Below the pieces are notes generated by a model. It was not told where the DNA came from, did no database searches, and saw only the letters and a list, made by a program, of their open reading frames with translations. From positions 372,001 to 436,000 of the forward strand of contig JASTWF010000324.1 of NCBI GenBank assembly GCA_030390025.1: 64,000 nt of DNA. Direction: 5' to 3'. The DNA comes from Squalus acanthias (Eukaryota). The first letter of the stretch is position 1, and every line of letters starts with the position of its first letter. A program made the position numbers and the translations under genes. Of the stretch, positions 45,695-62,835 are shown piece by piece.

Positions 45695-47760
45695 CTATGG
45701 AATCCTATGGATTATCTGTACCCAAACCATCTCCTCTTTGAAGGCCTCCCGTTGTTGAATTATTGGTTTCCCTACCAATCTTTGATTCCAATCCACCTGG
45801 ACCCGATCCCTTTTCAACTCAGTGAAGTTAGCCCTCCTCCAGTTATGTATTTTTATGCTTGATTGCACCATGTCCTTTTCCATAACTATTCTAAACCTGA
45901 TGATATTATGATCACTATTCCCCAAATGCTCTCCCACTAAAACATGCTCCACTTGCCCCACTTCATTCCCCAGAACTAGATCCAGCACTGCTTCCGTTCT
46001 CGTTGGGCTGGAAACACACTGATCAAGAAAGTTTTCTTGTACACGTTTCACTAATTCCTCCCCCTTGTTGCCCGTTACACTGTTACTATCCCAGTCTATA
46101 TGAGGATAATTGAAGTCCCCCATTATCACTACGCTATAGTTCTTGCATATTTCTGTAATTTACCTGCAAATTTGCTCCTCTATCTCCTTCCCACTATTTG
46201 CTGGCCTATGGTATACACCCAGCAGCGTGATAGCTCCCCTATTGTTCCTTAATTCTAACCAAATAGACTTTGTCTTTGGCCCCTCAACTACATCATTGCT
46301 CTCCAGTGCTGTAATAGTTTCTTTGATCAATACTGCCATCCCCAGCCACCCACCCCACCACCATCTCCTTTTATCCCTTTCCCATCTTTCCTGAATACCT
46401 TATAGCCAGGAATATTGAGTTCCCAAACCTCCCTTTCTTTGAGCCAGGTCTCTGTTATTGCAGGATTAGTTTAACCCCCCCCCCTCACAGCACTAGTTAA
46501 CCTTTCCACGAGGACATTGGTCTCACCTCTGTTCAGGTGCAACCCATCCACCTTGAACAGGTCCCTCCTTCCCCAGAACTGGTCCCAATGCCCCAGGAAT
46601 CTGAAGCCCTCCTTCCTGCATCATTTCTCCAGCCACGCATTAACCTGCTCATCTTACCATTCCTGTACCCTCTACAAGATGCACTGCAGCAACTCGCCAA
46701 GGCTTCTTCGGCAGCACCTCCCAAACCCACGGCCTCTTCCACCTAGAAGAACAAGGGCAGCAGGCGCATGGGAACACCACCACCTCCAAGTTCCCCTCCA
46801 AGTCACACACCATCCTGACTTGGAAGTATATCCCCATTCCTTCATCGTCGCTGGGTCAAAATCCTGGAACTCCCTCCCTAACAGCACTGTGGGAGTACCT
46901 TCACCACACGGACTGCAGCGGTTCAAGAAGGCGGCTCACCACCACCTTCTCAAGGGCAACTAGTGATGGGCAATAAATGCTGGACTTGCCAGCGACGCCC
47001 AGTCCCATAAACGAATAAAAAAAACCTCACTAGTGCATGGCACTGGGAGTAATCCAGAGATTACTACCTCTGAGATCCTGCTTTTTAACTTGCTCCCGAG
47101 CTCCTGAAACTCTGACTGCAGGACCTCAACCTTTTCCTTCCTGTCATTGGTTCCCACATGGACCATGACTTCTGGCTATTTCCCTCCCCTCTCAAAATGT
47201 ACTGCACCCTCTAGTGATGTCCTTTACCCTGACACCAGGGAGGCAACACACCATGTGGGACTCAACATCAGCAGTTGTAGAAATGCCTGTCTATCCCTCT
47301 GACTATCGAATCCCCTATGACCACTGCATTCCTACACTTTGCTGTGCCTCCCTGTGCAGTCTTTTGCCCTGCGGTGCTGTAGATATTCCCTAGACTGCAT
47401 TCCCCCGAGGTGTCAAAACCCTCGCCGGTGTTCAGCACTGGAAACTGGTTTGAGAGTGCCACACTCCCACAGCATTCCTGCAGTGCCTGCCCCTTCCTAC
47501 CCTGCTGGATGGCCACTCACTTACTATTCTCCTGAACGCTCTGTAGCTGCAGGGTGACCACCTCCTGCAACGTGCACCCCAGGAAAATCTGAGCCTCCCG
47601 TATGCCCCGGTGTGACTCCAGCCTCTCCTCAAACTGAGAAACTCTCAGCTCGAGTTCGAGCAACTGGACACACTTCCTGCACACATGGTTACCAGGACAC
47701 ATGAAGCGTCCTGGAGTTCCCACACGGCACAGGAATTGGAGGCAACGGGTCTCAGCTGTC
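45695..47760 (-). mobile_element. CR1 LINE 5' part: degraded ORF1 (zinc finger and SGNH esterase) and ORF2 APE endonuclease
   Basis: 'CPGNHVCRKC', 'VVIGDSIVRG', 'VHVGTND', then 'IMGDFNYPHIDW...LDLVL...LGNSDHN'. Confidence 0.85.
46670..47025 (+). mobile_element. LINE 3' fragment nested in the CR1 ORF1
   Basis: 'YKMHCSNSPRLLRQHLPNP...GSKSWNSLP...FKKAAHHHLLKGN', ending in an A-rich tail. Confidence 0.75.
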
Positions 47761-48002
47761 CCATCACTTTACTTCAAAGTCTATCTACTTATGTTATATA
47801 AATATATATACGTTCTTAGTATCCCTTTACTGATATTTATTATTTAATTATTTATGTATACCAGATTTTGATTTAATTCAATTTGGATCCCTTTAATGTT
47901 GGTATACTCTGTTTCGTAAATTTTAATTTAATCCCTTTAGATTTAATTAATTACTCTGATTATTTATATTACTGTTGACACTTGGTTTAAATTACTAAGC
48001 AC

Positions 48003-48388
48003 CTCATTGAAACATACAAGATTCTGAGGGGGATTGACAGGGTAGATGCTGAGAGGTTGTTCCCCCTGGCTGGAGTGTCTAGAACCAGGGGTCACAGTCT
48101 CAGGATAAGGGCTCGGCCATTTAGGACTGAGATGAGGAGGAATTTCTTCACTCAGAGGGTTATGAATGTTTGGAATTCTCTACCCCAGAGGGCTGTGGAT
48201 GCTCAGTCGTTGAGTATATTCAAGGCTAAGATCGATAGATTTTTGAACTCCAGAGGAATTAAGGGATATGGAGATCGAGCGGGAAAGTGGAGATGAGGTC
48301 GAAGATCAGCCATGATCTTATTGCATGGCGGAGCAGGCTCGAGGGGCCGTATGACCCACTCCTGCTCCTAATTCCTTATGTTCTGATG
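48003..48388 (+). mobile_element. CR1 LINE 3' end
   Basis: 'FPLAGVSRTRGHSLRI...WNSLPQ' plus 3' UTR. Confidence 0.88.
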
Positions 48389-48403
48389 GTCCCCCAATGC
48401 ACT

Positions 48404-48650
48404 GAATTCCCACTCTCCCCAAATTCCCCCTCTCACCAAATTCCCCCTCTCACCAAATTCCCCCTCTCCCCAAATTCCCACTCTCCCCAAATTCCCCCTC
48501 TCCCCAAATTCCCACTCTCCCCAAATTCCCCCTCTCCCCAAATTCCCCCTCTCCCCAAATTCCCACTCTCCCCAAATTCCCCCTCTCCCCAAATTCCCCC
48601 TCTCCCCAAATTCCCCCTCTCCCCAAATTCCCACTCTCACCGAATTCCCG
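48404..48650 (+). repeat. 17-bp C-rich minisatellite
   Basis: Unit aaattccccctctcccc. Confidence 0.9.
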
Positions 48651-48963
48651 TTGCCACTCTGTTTAGCAGATTCACACAGCTCTGTGTGTTTGGCAAATAT
48701 CGCTCTAATAAAGACCTTTTAGAAACAAACTAGTTACAACTAGTCAGCCAACAGCCAGCCACAACAATTAACTTCTGATCAGATACCACTTACAGCTGAC
48801 TGACTGTTCACTGCCACTGACTCGCAGTTTGAAAGTAAGAAAATTACGTTAAATTTCAGTTTGATACAAGACCCAATCTGTACTATTTACTCACTACTTA
48901 CCAGTGAATTCCCACACTCAGCAAATTCCCATTCCGAATCAGCTGAGCACACACTGCAATGTT

Positions 48964-50113
48964 AGGAACTGTACCCCAGGGAGAGTCTGGAACTGTACCC
49001 CAGGGAGAGTCAGCACCTTCAGGAACTGTACCCCAGTGAGAGTCAGCACCTTCAGGGTCTGTACCCCAGGGAGAGTCAGCACCTTCAGGAACTGTACCCC
49101 AGGGAGAGTCAGCACCTTCAGGGTCTGTACCCCAGGGAGAGTCAGCATCTTCAGGAACTGTACCCCAGAGAGAGTCAGCACCTTCAGGAACTGTACCCCA
49201 GTGAGAGTCAGCACCTTCAGGAACTGTACCCCAGGGAGAGTCAGCACCTTCAGGAACTGTACCCCAGGGAGAGTCAGCACCTTCAGGAACTGTACCCCAG
49301 AGAGAGTCAGCACCTTCAGGAACTGTACCCCAGGGAGAGTCAGCATCTTCAGGAACTGTACCCCAGTGAGAGTCAGCACCTTCCGGAACTGTACCCCAGT
49401 GAGAGTCAGCATCTTCAGGAACTGTACCCCAGTGAGAGTCAGCACCTTCAGGAACTGTACCCCAGTGAGAGTCAGCACCTTCAGGAACTGTACCCCAGTG
49501 AGAGTCAGCATCTTCAGGAACTGTACCCCAGTGAGAGTCAGCACCTTCAGGAACTGTACCCCAGTGAGAGTCAGCACCTTCAGGAACTGTACCCCAGTGA
49601 GAGTCAGCACCTTCAGGAACTGTACCCCAGTGAGAGTCAGCACCTTCAGGAACTGTACCCCAGGGAGAGTCAGCACCTTCAGGAACTGTACCCCAGGGAG
49701 AGTCAGCACCTTCAGGAACTGTACCCCAGTGAGAGTCAGCACCTTAAGGAACTGTACCCCAGAGAGAGTCAGCACCTTCAGGAACTGTACCCCAGTGAGA
49801 GTCAGCATCTTCAGGAACTGTACCCCAGTGAGAGTCAGCACCTTCAGGAACTGTACCCCAGTGAGAGTCAGCACCTTCAGGGTCTGTACCCCAGTGAGTG
49901 TCAGCACCTTCAGGAACTGTACCCCAGGGAGAGTCAGCACCTTCAGGAACTGTACCCCAGGGAGAGTCAGCGCCTTCAGGAACTGTACCCCAGGGAGAGT
50001 CAGCACCTTCAGGAACTGTACCCCAGGGAGAGTCAGCACCTTCAGGGTCTGTACCCCAGGGAGAGTCAGCACCCTCAGGAACTGTACCCCAGGGAGAGTC
50101 AGCACCTTCAGGA
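48964..50113 (+). repeat. 33-bp minisatellite (~34 units)
   Basis: Unit aggaactgtaccccagtgagagtcagcaccttc. Confidence 0.95.
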
Positions 50114-50936
50114 CAAGACAGGATGAAGTCTGGAAAAAATACAAAAGTTAATTCCCTTGAGATTGGAAGGGAACTTTATGGGGGATGACCAGCAGTGTGG
50201 GCAGTTAGACTCTCCCAGCCAGCGTCCTGCACTGAATGTGGTCTCTCTCCCATCCCGACCCACAGACTGATATCTGCCCGCAGTCACTGGCAACAAGATG
50301 TCAGCATTTCAGGAGATGCCTAGTTAAGCAGCAGATGTTAGCGTATATCTGACTGAGTTGTTAAATTAAATCGAGTTTATTGAATTATAATGAGATTGGG
50401 GCCAAGCCTTGCAGCCGATGCTAGTCATTGTCTGTGGGCGGGGTATTGCAAGCACCTGGTACAAAGCATGGAACAGTGTTGTTGACACACTGCTCCCCAC
50501 ACAATCTCCAAATGCAAACATATGCTGCTGTTGATGTGAAAAGACCTTTCTGTGTAGCTCAGGGTCTTGTTTAGTTTGCACTCCGGGGACAGGTTGGGGT
50601 CAAGTGGCTTGTAGCATCAGCACAATTCCCTTGGAGAGGAAAATCAACGGGACACTTGAGCGGAAGAAAAGGCTTATTGAGACTCTCAATAAATTCTGTG
50701 CTGCCTCCTGCCCCAGCCCTGCTCTTCATCAACATTCATCAGCTGGCCTGCTCTTCAGTTCCTTTTTAAATAAATAATATTTATTTGTATGGAGTGGGTT
50801 TTGCTGCCCGCCCCCCACCACCCCAGGCTCAAGCTGGCGTACAGTTCCAGGGACCCCCTCCAGTGCCTTCACCAAACCACAGCAAGATATTCAACTGTGG
50901 GAGGATCACAGCTGAACCAGTTGCTGTCCTCAGCAG

Positions 50937-53900
50937 ACACACTCACACTCTCACACTCACACACACACTCACTCACACACTCACTCACACACTCACACCC
51001 ACACCCACACTCACACTCACACACACACACTCACTCACACTCACACACTCTCACACTACCACACTCACACTCACACTCACACACACACACTCTCACACTC
51101 ACACACACACTCAATCACACTCACACTCACACACATACTCACTCACACACTCACTCACACACACACACACACACTCACACTCACACACTCACTCACTCAC
51201 ACTCCCACACACACACTCACTCACACACTCACACACACACACTCACTCACACTCACACACTCCCACACTCACACACACTCATACTCACTCACACACTCAC
51301 ACTCACACCCACACCCACACACTCAAACTCACACCTACACCCACACTCACACTCACACACTCACACTCACACCCACACCCACACTCACTCACACACTCAC
51401 ACCCACACCCACACTCACACTCACACTCACACACTCACACTCAATCACACACACACTCACTCACACACTCACACACACACTCACTCACACACTCACACTC
51501 ACTCACACACTCACACTCACACCCACACCCACACTCACTCACACACTCACACTCACACCCACACCCACACTCACACTCACACACTTACACTCACACTCAC
51601 ACCCACACCCACACTCACACACTCACAATCACACCCACACTCACACCCACACCCACACTCACACTCACACACTCACACTCACACTCACACACTCACACTC
51701 ACACTCACACACACACACACACTCACACTCACAATCACACACTCACACTCACACCCACACCCACACTCACACTCACACACTCACACTCACACTCACACAC
51801 TGACACTGACACTCACACACACACTCACACTCACACACTCACACTCACACTCACACACACACTCACACTCACACTCACACACTCACACTCACACTCACAC
51901 CCACACTCACACCCACACCCACACTCACAATCACACACTCACTTACACACACTCACACTCACTCACACTCACTCACTCACACTCACACACACACACACTC
52001 ACGCTCACACACTCACACTCACACAGTCACATTCACTCACTCACTCACACTCACTCACTCACACACTCACACTCACTCACTCACACTCACACACACACAC
52101 ACTCACGCTCACACACTCACACTCACACACTCACACTCACACCTACACCCACACTCACACACTCACACTCACACCCACATCCACACTCACTCACACACTC
52201 ACACTCACACCCACACTCACACTCACACTCACACCCACACTCACTCACACACTCACACTCACACCCACACCCACACTCACACTCACACACTTACACTCAC
52301 ACACACACTCACACTCACACAGTCACATTCACTCACTCACTCACACTCACTCACTCACACACTCACACTCACTCACTCACACTCACACACACACATACTC
52401 ACGCTCACACACTCACACTCACACACTCACACCTACACCCACACTCACACACTCACACTCACACCCACACCCACACTCACTCACACACTCACACTCACAC
52501 CCACACCCACACTCACACTCACACTCACACCCACACCCACACTCACTCACACACTCACACTCACACCCACACCCACACTCACACTCACACACTTACACTC
52601 ACACTCACACCCACACCCACACTCACACACTCACAATCACACCCACACTCACACCCACACCCACACTCACACTCACACACTCACACTCACACTCACACAC
52701 TCACACTCACACTCACTCACACACACACACTCACACTCGCAATCACACACTCACATTCACACTCACACCCACACCCACACTCACACTCACACACTCAGAC
52801 TCACACTCACACACTGACACTCACACTCACACACACACTCACACTCACACACTCACACTCACACTCACACACACACTCACACTCACACTCACACACTCAC
52901 ACTCACACCCACACTCACACCCACACCCACACTCACAATCACACACTCACTTACACACACTCACACTCACTCACTCACACTCACTCACTCACACTCACAC
53001 ACACACACACTCACGCTCACACACTCACACTCACACAGTCACATTCACTCACTCACTCACTCACACACTCACACTCACTCACTCACACTCACACACACAC
53101 ACTCACGCTCACACACTCACACTCACACACTCACACTCACTCACACACTCACTCACACACTCACACTCACGCTCACACTCACACTCACACACTCACACTC
53201 ACTCACTCACACACTCACACTCACTCACTCACACACTCACATACTCACACTCACTCATTCACACACTCACACAGACTCACACACTCACATACTCACACTC
53301 ACTCACACTCACACACTCACACACACTCACACACACACACACTCACTCACACACTCATTCACACTCACACACTCACACCCACACCCGCACTCACACTCAC
53401 ACTCACACACTCACACTCACACCTACACCCACACTCACACACTCACACTCACACCCACACCCACACTCACTCACACACTCACACTCACACCCACACCCAC
53501 ACTCACACTCACACTCACACTCACACCCACACCCACACTCACTCACACACTCACACTCACACCCACACTCACACTCACACACGTACACTCACACTCACAC
53601 CCACACCCACACTCACACACTCACAATCACACCCACACTCACACCCACACCCACACTCACACTCACACACTCACACTCACACTCACACACTCACACTCAC
53701 ACTCACACACACACTCACTGAGACTCACACTCACACACTCACTCACTCACACTCACACACTCACTCACACTCACACTCACACACTCACTCACTCACACAC
53801 ACACTCACTCACACTCACACACTCACACACTCACATACTCACACTCACTCACTCACTCACACACTCACTCAGACTCACACACTCACATACTCACACTCAG

Positions 53901-56900
53901 TCACACTCACACACACACTCACACACTCACACTCACAAACTCACCCACACTCACACACTCACACTCACACAAACTCACACACTCACCCACACTCACACAC
54001 TCACACTCACACATACTCACACACACACACTCACTCACACACTCATTCACACTCACACTCTCACTTCCACACACTCACACACACACACTCACTCACACTC
54101 ACACACTCACAAACACACACTCACAAAAACACTCACTCACACTCACACACTCACTCACTCACACTCACACACTCACACTCACACTCACATTCACTCACTC
54201 ACTCACACACTCACACTCACTCACTCACTCACACACTCACTCACACACTCACACACTCACACTCACACACTCACACTCACTCACTCTCCCTCACACACTC
54301 ACTTATCACACTCACACTCACACTCACACACTCACTCACTCACACTCACACTCACACACTCACACACTCACACTCATGCTCACACACTCACACTCACACA
54401 CTCACATTCACTCACTCACACACTCACACACTCACACTCACTCACACACTCACTCACACTCACACTCACACTCACACTCACACACTCACACACTCACACT
54501 CACACTCACACACACTCACACTCACTCACTCACTCAGACTCACTCACACACTCACACGCTCACACACTCACACTCACACACTCACATTCACTCACTCACT
54601 CACACACTCACACCCACTCACACACTCACTCACACTCACACACTCACACTCACAAACTCACACTCACACACTCACACTCACACACTCACACTCACAAACT
54701 CACACTCACACACTCACACTCACTCACTTACACTCACTCACTCACACTCACATACTCACACTCACTCACACACACTCACATGCTCACTCACACACTCACT
54801 CAGACTCACACACTCACATACTCACACTCACTCACACTCACACACACGCTCACACACTCACACTCACACACACTCACACACACACACTCACTCACACACA
54901 CACACTCACACTCACACACACTCACACACACACACTCACTCACACACTCATTCACACTCACACACTCACATCCACACACTCACACACACACACTCACTCA
55001 CACTCACACCCACACACTCACACTCACACACTCGCACTCACACACTCGCACTCACACACTCACACTCACACACTCACTCACTGACACTCGCACTCACACA
55101 CACTCACACTCACACACTCACTCACTCACACTCACACACTCACTCACACTCACACACTCACACTCACACTCACACACTCACACTCACTCACTCACTCACT
55201 CACACACTCACATACTCACACTCACTCACTCACTCACCCACACTAACTCAGACTCACACACTCACATATTCACACTCACACACACACTCACACACTCACA
55301 CTCACACACTCACACTCACACACACTCACACACTCACACACTCAGTCACACTCACACACTCACACTCACACACACTCACTCACACACTCATTCACACTCA
55401 CACACTCACATCCACACACTCACACACACACACACTCACTCACACTCACACACTCACAAACACACACTCTCAAACAAACACACTCACACTCAAACTCACA
55501 CACACACACACACACTCACAGACACACACACACTCACACACTCACTCACACTCAAACTCACACACTCACTCACACTCACACTCACACACTCACACTCACA
55601 CACACACTCAAACTCACACTCACTCACACTCATATACTCACACTAAAACTCACACACTGAAACACTCACTCACACTCACACACTCTCACTCAACTCACAC
55701 ACTCACACGCACACACACACACTCAAACCCACACACACTCATACACTCTCTCACACTCACACCCACACATTCACACTCACACTCAGTCACACTCACACTC
55801 ACACACTCACACTCACACCCACACACTCACACTCATACACTCACACACACACTCGCACTCACACACTCACACTCACACTCACTCACTCACACTCACACAC
55901 ACACACTCACACTCACACACTCACTCACACTCACACTCACACACTCACTCACTCACACTCACACACTCACACTCACACTCACATACTCACATTCTCACTC
56001 ATACTCACACACTCACACTCACTCACTCACTCACCCACTCAAACTCACTCACACACTCACTCGCACTCACATACTCACACTCACACACTCACACTCACAC
56101 ACTCACACTCACACACTCACACTCACTCACTCACTCACACACTCACACTCACTCACTCACTCACACACTCACACACTCACTCAGACTCACATACTCACAT
56201 ACTTACACTCACTCACACTCACACACTCACACACTCACTCTCACACACTCACACCCACTCACATTCACTCACACACACACTCACTCACACTCACACACTC
56301 ACACTCACACTCACACTCACTCACACACTCATTCACACTCACACACTCACATCCACACACTCTCACACACACACTCACTCACACTCACACACTCACAAAC
56401 ACACACTCACGAACACACACACTCACACTCAAACTCACACACTCACACACACACACACTCACACACTCACAAACACACTCACTCACACTCAAACTCACAC
56501 ACTCACACACTCACTCACACTCACACACTCACACTCAAACTCACACTCACTCACACTCACATACTCACACTCAAACTCACACACTCAAACACTCACTCAC
56601 ACTCACACACTCAAACTCAAACTCACAAACTCACACTCACACACACACACTCAAACTCACACACACTCATACACTCTCTCACACTCACACACACGTTCAA
56701 AATCACACACTTACACACTCACTCACACACACACTCACTCACACACTCTCACACACACTCACACTCACACACACTCACTCACACACACACACTCACACGC
56801 TCACTCTCACACACACACTCACACACACACACACTCACACACACTCAGACTCACTCACACACTCACTCACACTCACACTCACACACTCACACACTCACAC

Positions 56901-59900
56901 TCACTCACTCACTCACACACTCACACGCTCACACACTCACACTCACACACTCACATTCACTCACTCACTCACACACTCACACCCACTCACACACTCACTC
57001 ACACTCACACACTCACACTCACAAACTCACACTCACACACTCACACTCACACACTCACACTCACAAACTCACACTCACACACTCACACTCACTCACTTAC
57101 ACTCACTCACTCACACTCACATACTCACACTCACTCACACACACTCACATGCTCACACACACTCACTCACACACTCACTCAGACTCACACACTCACATAC
57201 TCACACTCACTCACACTCACACACACGCTCACACACGCTCACACACTCACACACACACTCACTCACACACACACACTCACTCACACACTCATTCACACTC
57301 ACACACTCACATCCACACACTCACACACACACACACTCACTCACACTCACACCCACACACTCACACTCACACACTCGCACTCACACACTCGCACTCACAC
57401 ACTCGCACTCACACACTCACACTCACACTCACACACTCACTCACTGACACTCGCACTCACACACACTCACACTCGCACACTCACTCACTCACACTCACAC
57501 ACTCACTCACACTCACACACTCACACTCACACACTCACACTCACACACTCACACTCACTCACTCACCCACACTCACTCAGACTCACTCACTCACATACTC
57601 ACACTCACACACACACTCACACACTCACACTCACACACTCACACTCACACACACTCACACACTCACACACTCACACTCACACACACTCACTCACACACTC
57701 ATTCACACTCACACACTCACATCCACACACTCACACACACACACTCACTCACACTCACACACTCACAAACACACACTCTCAAACAAACACACTCACACTG
57801 AAACTCACACACACACACACACACACTCACACACTCACAAACACACACACACACTCACACACTCACTCACACTCAAACTCACACACTCACTCACACTCAC
57901 ACACTCACACTCACACACACACTCAAACTCACACTCACTCACACTCATATACTCACACTGAAACTCACACACTGAAACACTCACTCACACTCACACACTC
58001 TCACTCAAACTCACACACTCACACGCACACACACACACTCAAACTCACACACACTCATACACTTTCTCACACTCACACCCACACATTCACACCCACACTC
58101 AGTCACACTCACACTCACACTCACACACTCACACTCACACCCACACACTCACACTCATACACTCACACACACACTCGCACTCACACACTCACACTCACAC
58201 TCACTCACTCACACTCACACACACACTCACACTCACACACGCACTCACACTCACACTCACACACTCACTCACTCACACTCACACACTCACACTCACACTC
58301 ACATACTCACATTCTCACTCATACTCACACACTCACACTCACTCACTCACTCACCCACTCACACTCACTCACTCACTCACCCACTCAAACTCACTCACAC
58401 ACTCACTCACACTCACATACTCACACTCACACACTCACACTCACACACTCACACTCACACACTCACACTCACTCACTCACTCACTCACGCAATCACACTC
58501 ACTCACTCACTCACACACTCACTCAGACTCACATACTCACATACTTACACTCACTCACACTCACACACTCACTCTCACACACTCACACACACTCACACTC
58601 ACTCACACACACACTCACTCACACTCACGCACTCACACTCACACTCACTCACACACTCATTCACACTCACACACTCACATCCACACACTCTCACACACAC
58701 ACATACTCACACTCACACACTCACAAACACACACTCACGAACACACACACTCACACTCAAACTCACACACTCACACACACACACACTCACACAGTCACAA
58801 ACACACTCACTCACACTCAAACTCACTCACACACTCACTCACACTCACACACTCACACTCAAACTCACACTCACTCACACTCACATACTCACACTCAAAC
58901 TCACACACTCAAACACTCACTCACACTCACACACTCACACTCAAACTCACAAACTCACACTCACACACACGCACTCAAACTCACACACACTCATACACTC
59001 TCTCACACTCACACACACGTTCAAAATCACACACTCGCACACTCACTCACACACTCACACTCACTCACACACTCTAACACACACTCACACTCACACACAC
59101 TCACTCACACACACACACTCACACACTCACTCTCACACACACACTCACACACACACACACTCACACACACTCACACACTCACACACACTCACTCACACAC
59201 ACTCACCCACACTCACACACACACATTCACACATTCACACTCACATACCCACACTGACACTCACACACAGTCATACACTCACACACTCACACTCACTCGC
59301 ACATGCACTAACACACACTCATACTCACACACTCACACACACACATTAACACACATTCACACATACACAGAAACTCACGCTCACACACTCACAGTCGCAC
59401 ACTCACATACTCACACTCACGCACACATACACTAACAAACACTCACACACACATTAACACAAACTCACACTCACTCACACTCACACTCAGACAAACACAC
59501 TCACACACTCACAGACTCACACTCACACACTCACTCACACTCACACACTCACACTCACACACACACTCACTCACACTCACACACATGCACATACACTCAC
59601 ACTTACTCACACATACACTAACACACACTCACACTCATACACTCACACACACTCACACACTCACACACACACTCAAAATCACACACTCACACACTCACAA
59701 TCAAACTCACTCACACACACTCACTCACAAACACTCACACACTCACACTCACACACTCACACTCACACACACACTCACTCACACTCACACACACACTCAC
59801 TCACACTCACACTTACTCACACATACACTAACACACACTCAGACTCACACACTCACACTCACACACAAACTCACACTTACACACACAATCACTCTCACAC

Positions 59901-62475
59901 ACTCACACTCACACTCACATACTCACATTCTCACTCATACTCACACACTCACACTCACTCACTCACTCACTCACACACTCACACTCACTCACACTCACAC
60001 ACTCACACTCACACACTCACACACACTCACGCACTCACTCACACACACACTCACTCACACACTCACACTCACACACTCACACTCACACACAAACTCACAC
60101 TTACACACACAATCACTCTCACACACTCACACTCACACTCACATACTCACATTCTCACTCATACTCACACACTCACACTCACTCACTCACTCACTCACAC
60201 ACTCACACTCACTCACTCACTCACACACTCAAACTCACTCACACACTCACTCACACTCACACACTCACACTCACACTCACACACTCACACTCACACACTC
60301 ACACTCACACACTCACACTCACTCACTCACTCACACACTCACATACTCACACTCACTCACTCACACACTCACACACTCACTCAGACTCACACACTCACAT
60401 ACTCACACTCACTCACACTCACACACTCACACTCACACACTCACACACACTCACGCACTCACTCACACACACACTCACTCACACTCACACACTCACACTC
60501 ACACACACACACTCACTCACACACTCATTCACACTCACACACTCACATCCATACACTCTCACACACACACTCACTCACACTCACAAACTCACAAACACAC
60601 ACTCACAAACACACACACTCACACTCAAACTCACACACTCACACACACACACACACTCACACTCACACACTCACAAACACACACACTCACACACTCACTC
60701 ACACTCAAACTCACACACTCACACACTCACTCACACTCACACACTCACACTCAAACTCACACTCACTCACACTCACATACTCACACTCAAACTCACACAC
60801 TCAAACACTCACTTACACTCACACACTCATACTCAAACTCACAAACTCACACTCACACACACACACTCACACTCACTCACACTCACACACTCATACTCAA
60901 ACTCACAGACTCACACTCACACACACTCACTCACACTCACAAACTCACAAACACACACTCACAAACACACACACTCACACTCAAACTCACACACTCACAC
61001 TCACAAACACACACACTCACACTCAAACTCACACACTCACACACACACACACTCACACTCACACACTCACAAACACACACACTCACACACTCACTCACAC
61101 TCAAACTCACACACTCACACACTCACTCACACTCACACACTCACACTCACACTCAAACTCACACTCACTCACACTCACATACTCACACTCAAACTCACAC
61201 ACTCAAACACTCACTCACACTCACACACTCATACTCAAACTCACAAACTCACACTCACACACACACACTCACACTCACTCACACTCACACACTCATACTC
61301 AAACTCACAAACTCACACTCACCCACACACACTCAAACTCACACACACTCATACACTCTCTCACACTCACACACACATTCAAAATCACACACTCACACAC
61401 TCACTCACACACACACTCACTCACACACTCTCACACACACTCACTCACACACACACACTCACACACGCACTCTCACACACACACTCACACACACACACTC
61501 ACACTCACTCACACTCACACACTCATACTCAAACTCACAAACTCACACTCACACACACTCACTCACACTCACAAACTCACAAACACACACTCACACACAC
61601 TTACACACATGCACACACCCTCACCCACACTCACACACACACATTCACACATTCACACTCACACACCCACACTGACACTCACACACAGTCATACACTCAC
61701 ACACTCACACTCACTCGCACATGCACTAACACACACTCACGCTCACACACTCACAGTCGCACACTCACGTACTCACACTCACACACTCACTCACACTCAC
61801 ATACTCACACTCACACACACTCATACACTCACGCACACTCACACACTCACAATCAAACTCACTCACACACACTCACTCACACACACTCACACACTCACAC
61901 TCACACACTCACACTCACACACACTCACTCACTCTCACACACATGCACATACACTCACACTTACTCACACATACACTAACACACACTCACACTCACACAC
62001 TCACACTCACACACAAACTCACACTTACACACACAATCACTCTCACACACACACAATCACACACTCACACACACACACACAATCACACTCACACACACAC
62101 ACTCACACATACACTAACACACACTCACACACTCACACACACACATTAACACACACTCACACACACATTAACACACACTCACACACTCAAACACACACTC
62201 ACACACACTCACACACTCGCACACTCAAATGCACTCTCACACACTCATGCATTCACACACTCACACAGACTCGCACACTCACACACACTCACACACTCAC
62301 ACTCGCACACTTCAAACGCACTCTCACACACTCACACACACTCACACACACTCGCATACTCACACAAACACACACCAACGCAGACATATACAAACACAGA
62401 TACACATAGACACACAAACACATGTGCATACTCAGACACAGACACACTCACACATACACCAACACACAAACATAC
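50937..62475. repeat. ~11.5-kb (CA/CT)n low-complexity tract with internal block duplications
   Basis: cacact/cactca mosaic. Rare words such as 'acagtcacattc', 'ctgacactcgcactc' and 'gttcaaaatc' recur in duplicated blocks. Confidence 0.97.
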
Positions 62476-62832
62476 ACCTCTGAGTCAGAAGGTTGTGGGT
62501 TCAAGTTCCAGTCCAGAGACTTGAGCACATAAATCGAGGCTGACACTCCAGTGCAGTGTTGAGGGAGCGCTGCACTGTCGGAGGTGCCGTCCTTTGGATG
62601 AGGTGTCTGGGCAAGTATTTATCCCTCAATCAACAACACTAAAACAGATTATTTGGGCATTATTGCAATGCTGTTTGTGGGAGCTCGCTGTGTACAATTG
62701 GCTGCCATGTTTCTAATATTACAACAGTGACTACACTTCTAACGTACTTCATTGGCTGTAAAGCACATTGGGAAGTCATGAGGTCATGAATGACGCTATA
62801 TAAATGCAAGTTTTACATTCTTTCTTTCTTGT
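62476..62832 (+). mobile_element. DeuSINE-type SINE, inverted copy of 27784-28138
   Basis: Reverse complement match including the same internal deletion and the same junctions. Confidence 0.85.
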
Positions 62833-62835
62833 CTC

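Noticed and set aside
48904..50188. 415-aa and 401-aa repeat ORFs; the minus-strand one looks superficially LRR-like (LKVLTL)
   Set aside because: A 33-bp minisatellite open on both strands, with near-identical units at the DNA level and no flanking domain.
50785..62483. Very long His/Thr/Ser/Leu ORFs (up to 1431 aa)
   Set aside because: The (CA/CT)n sequence rarely forms stop codons, so several frames are open at once. There is no protein-like complexity. The same applies to 8545-10251 and 28133-29640.
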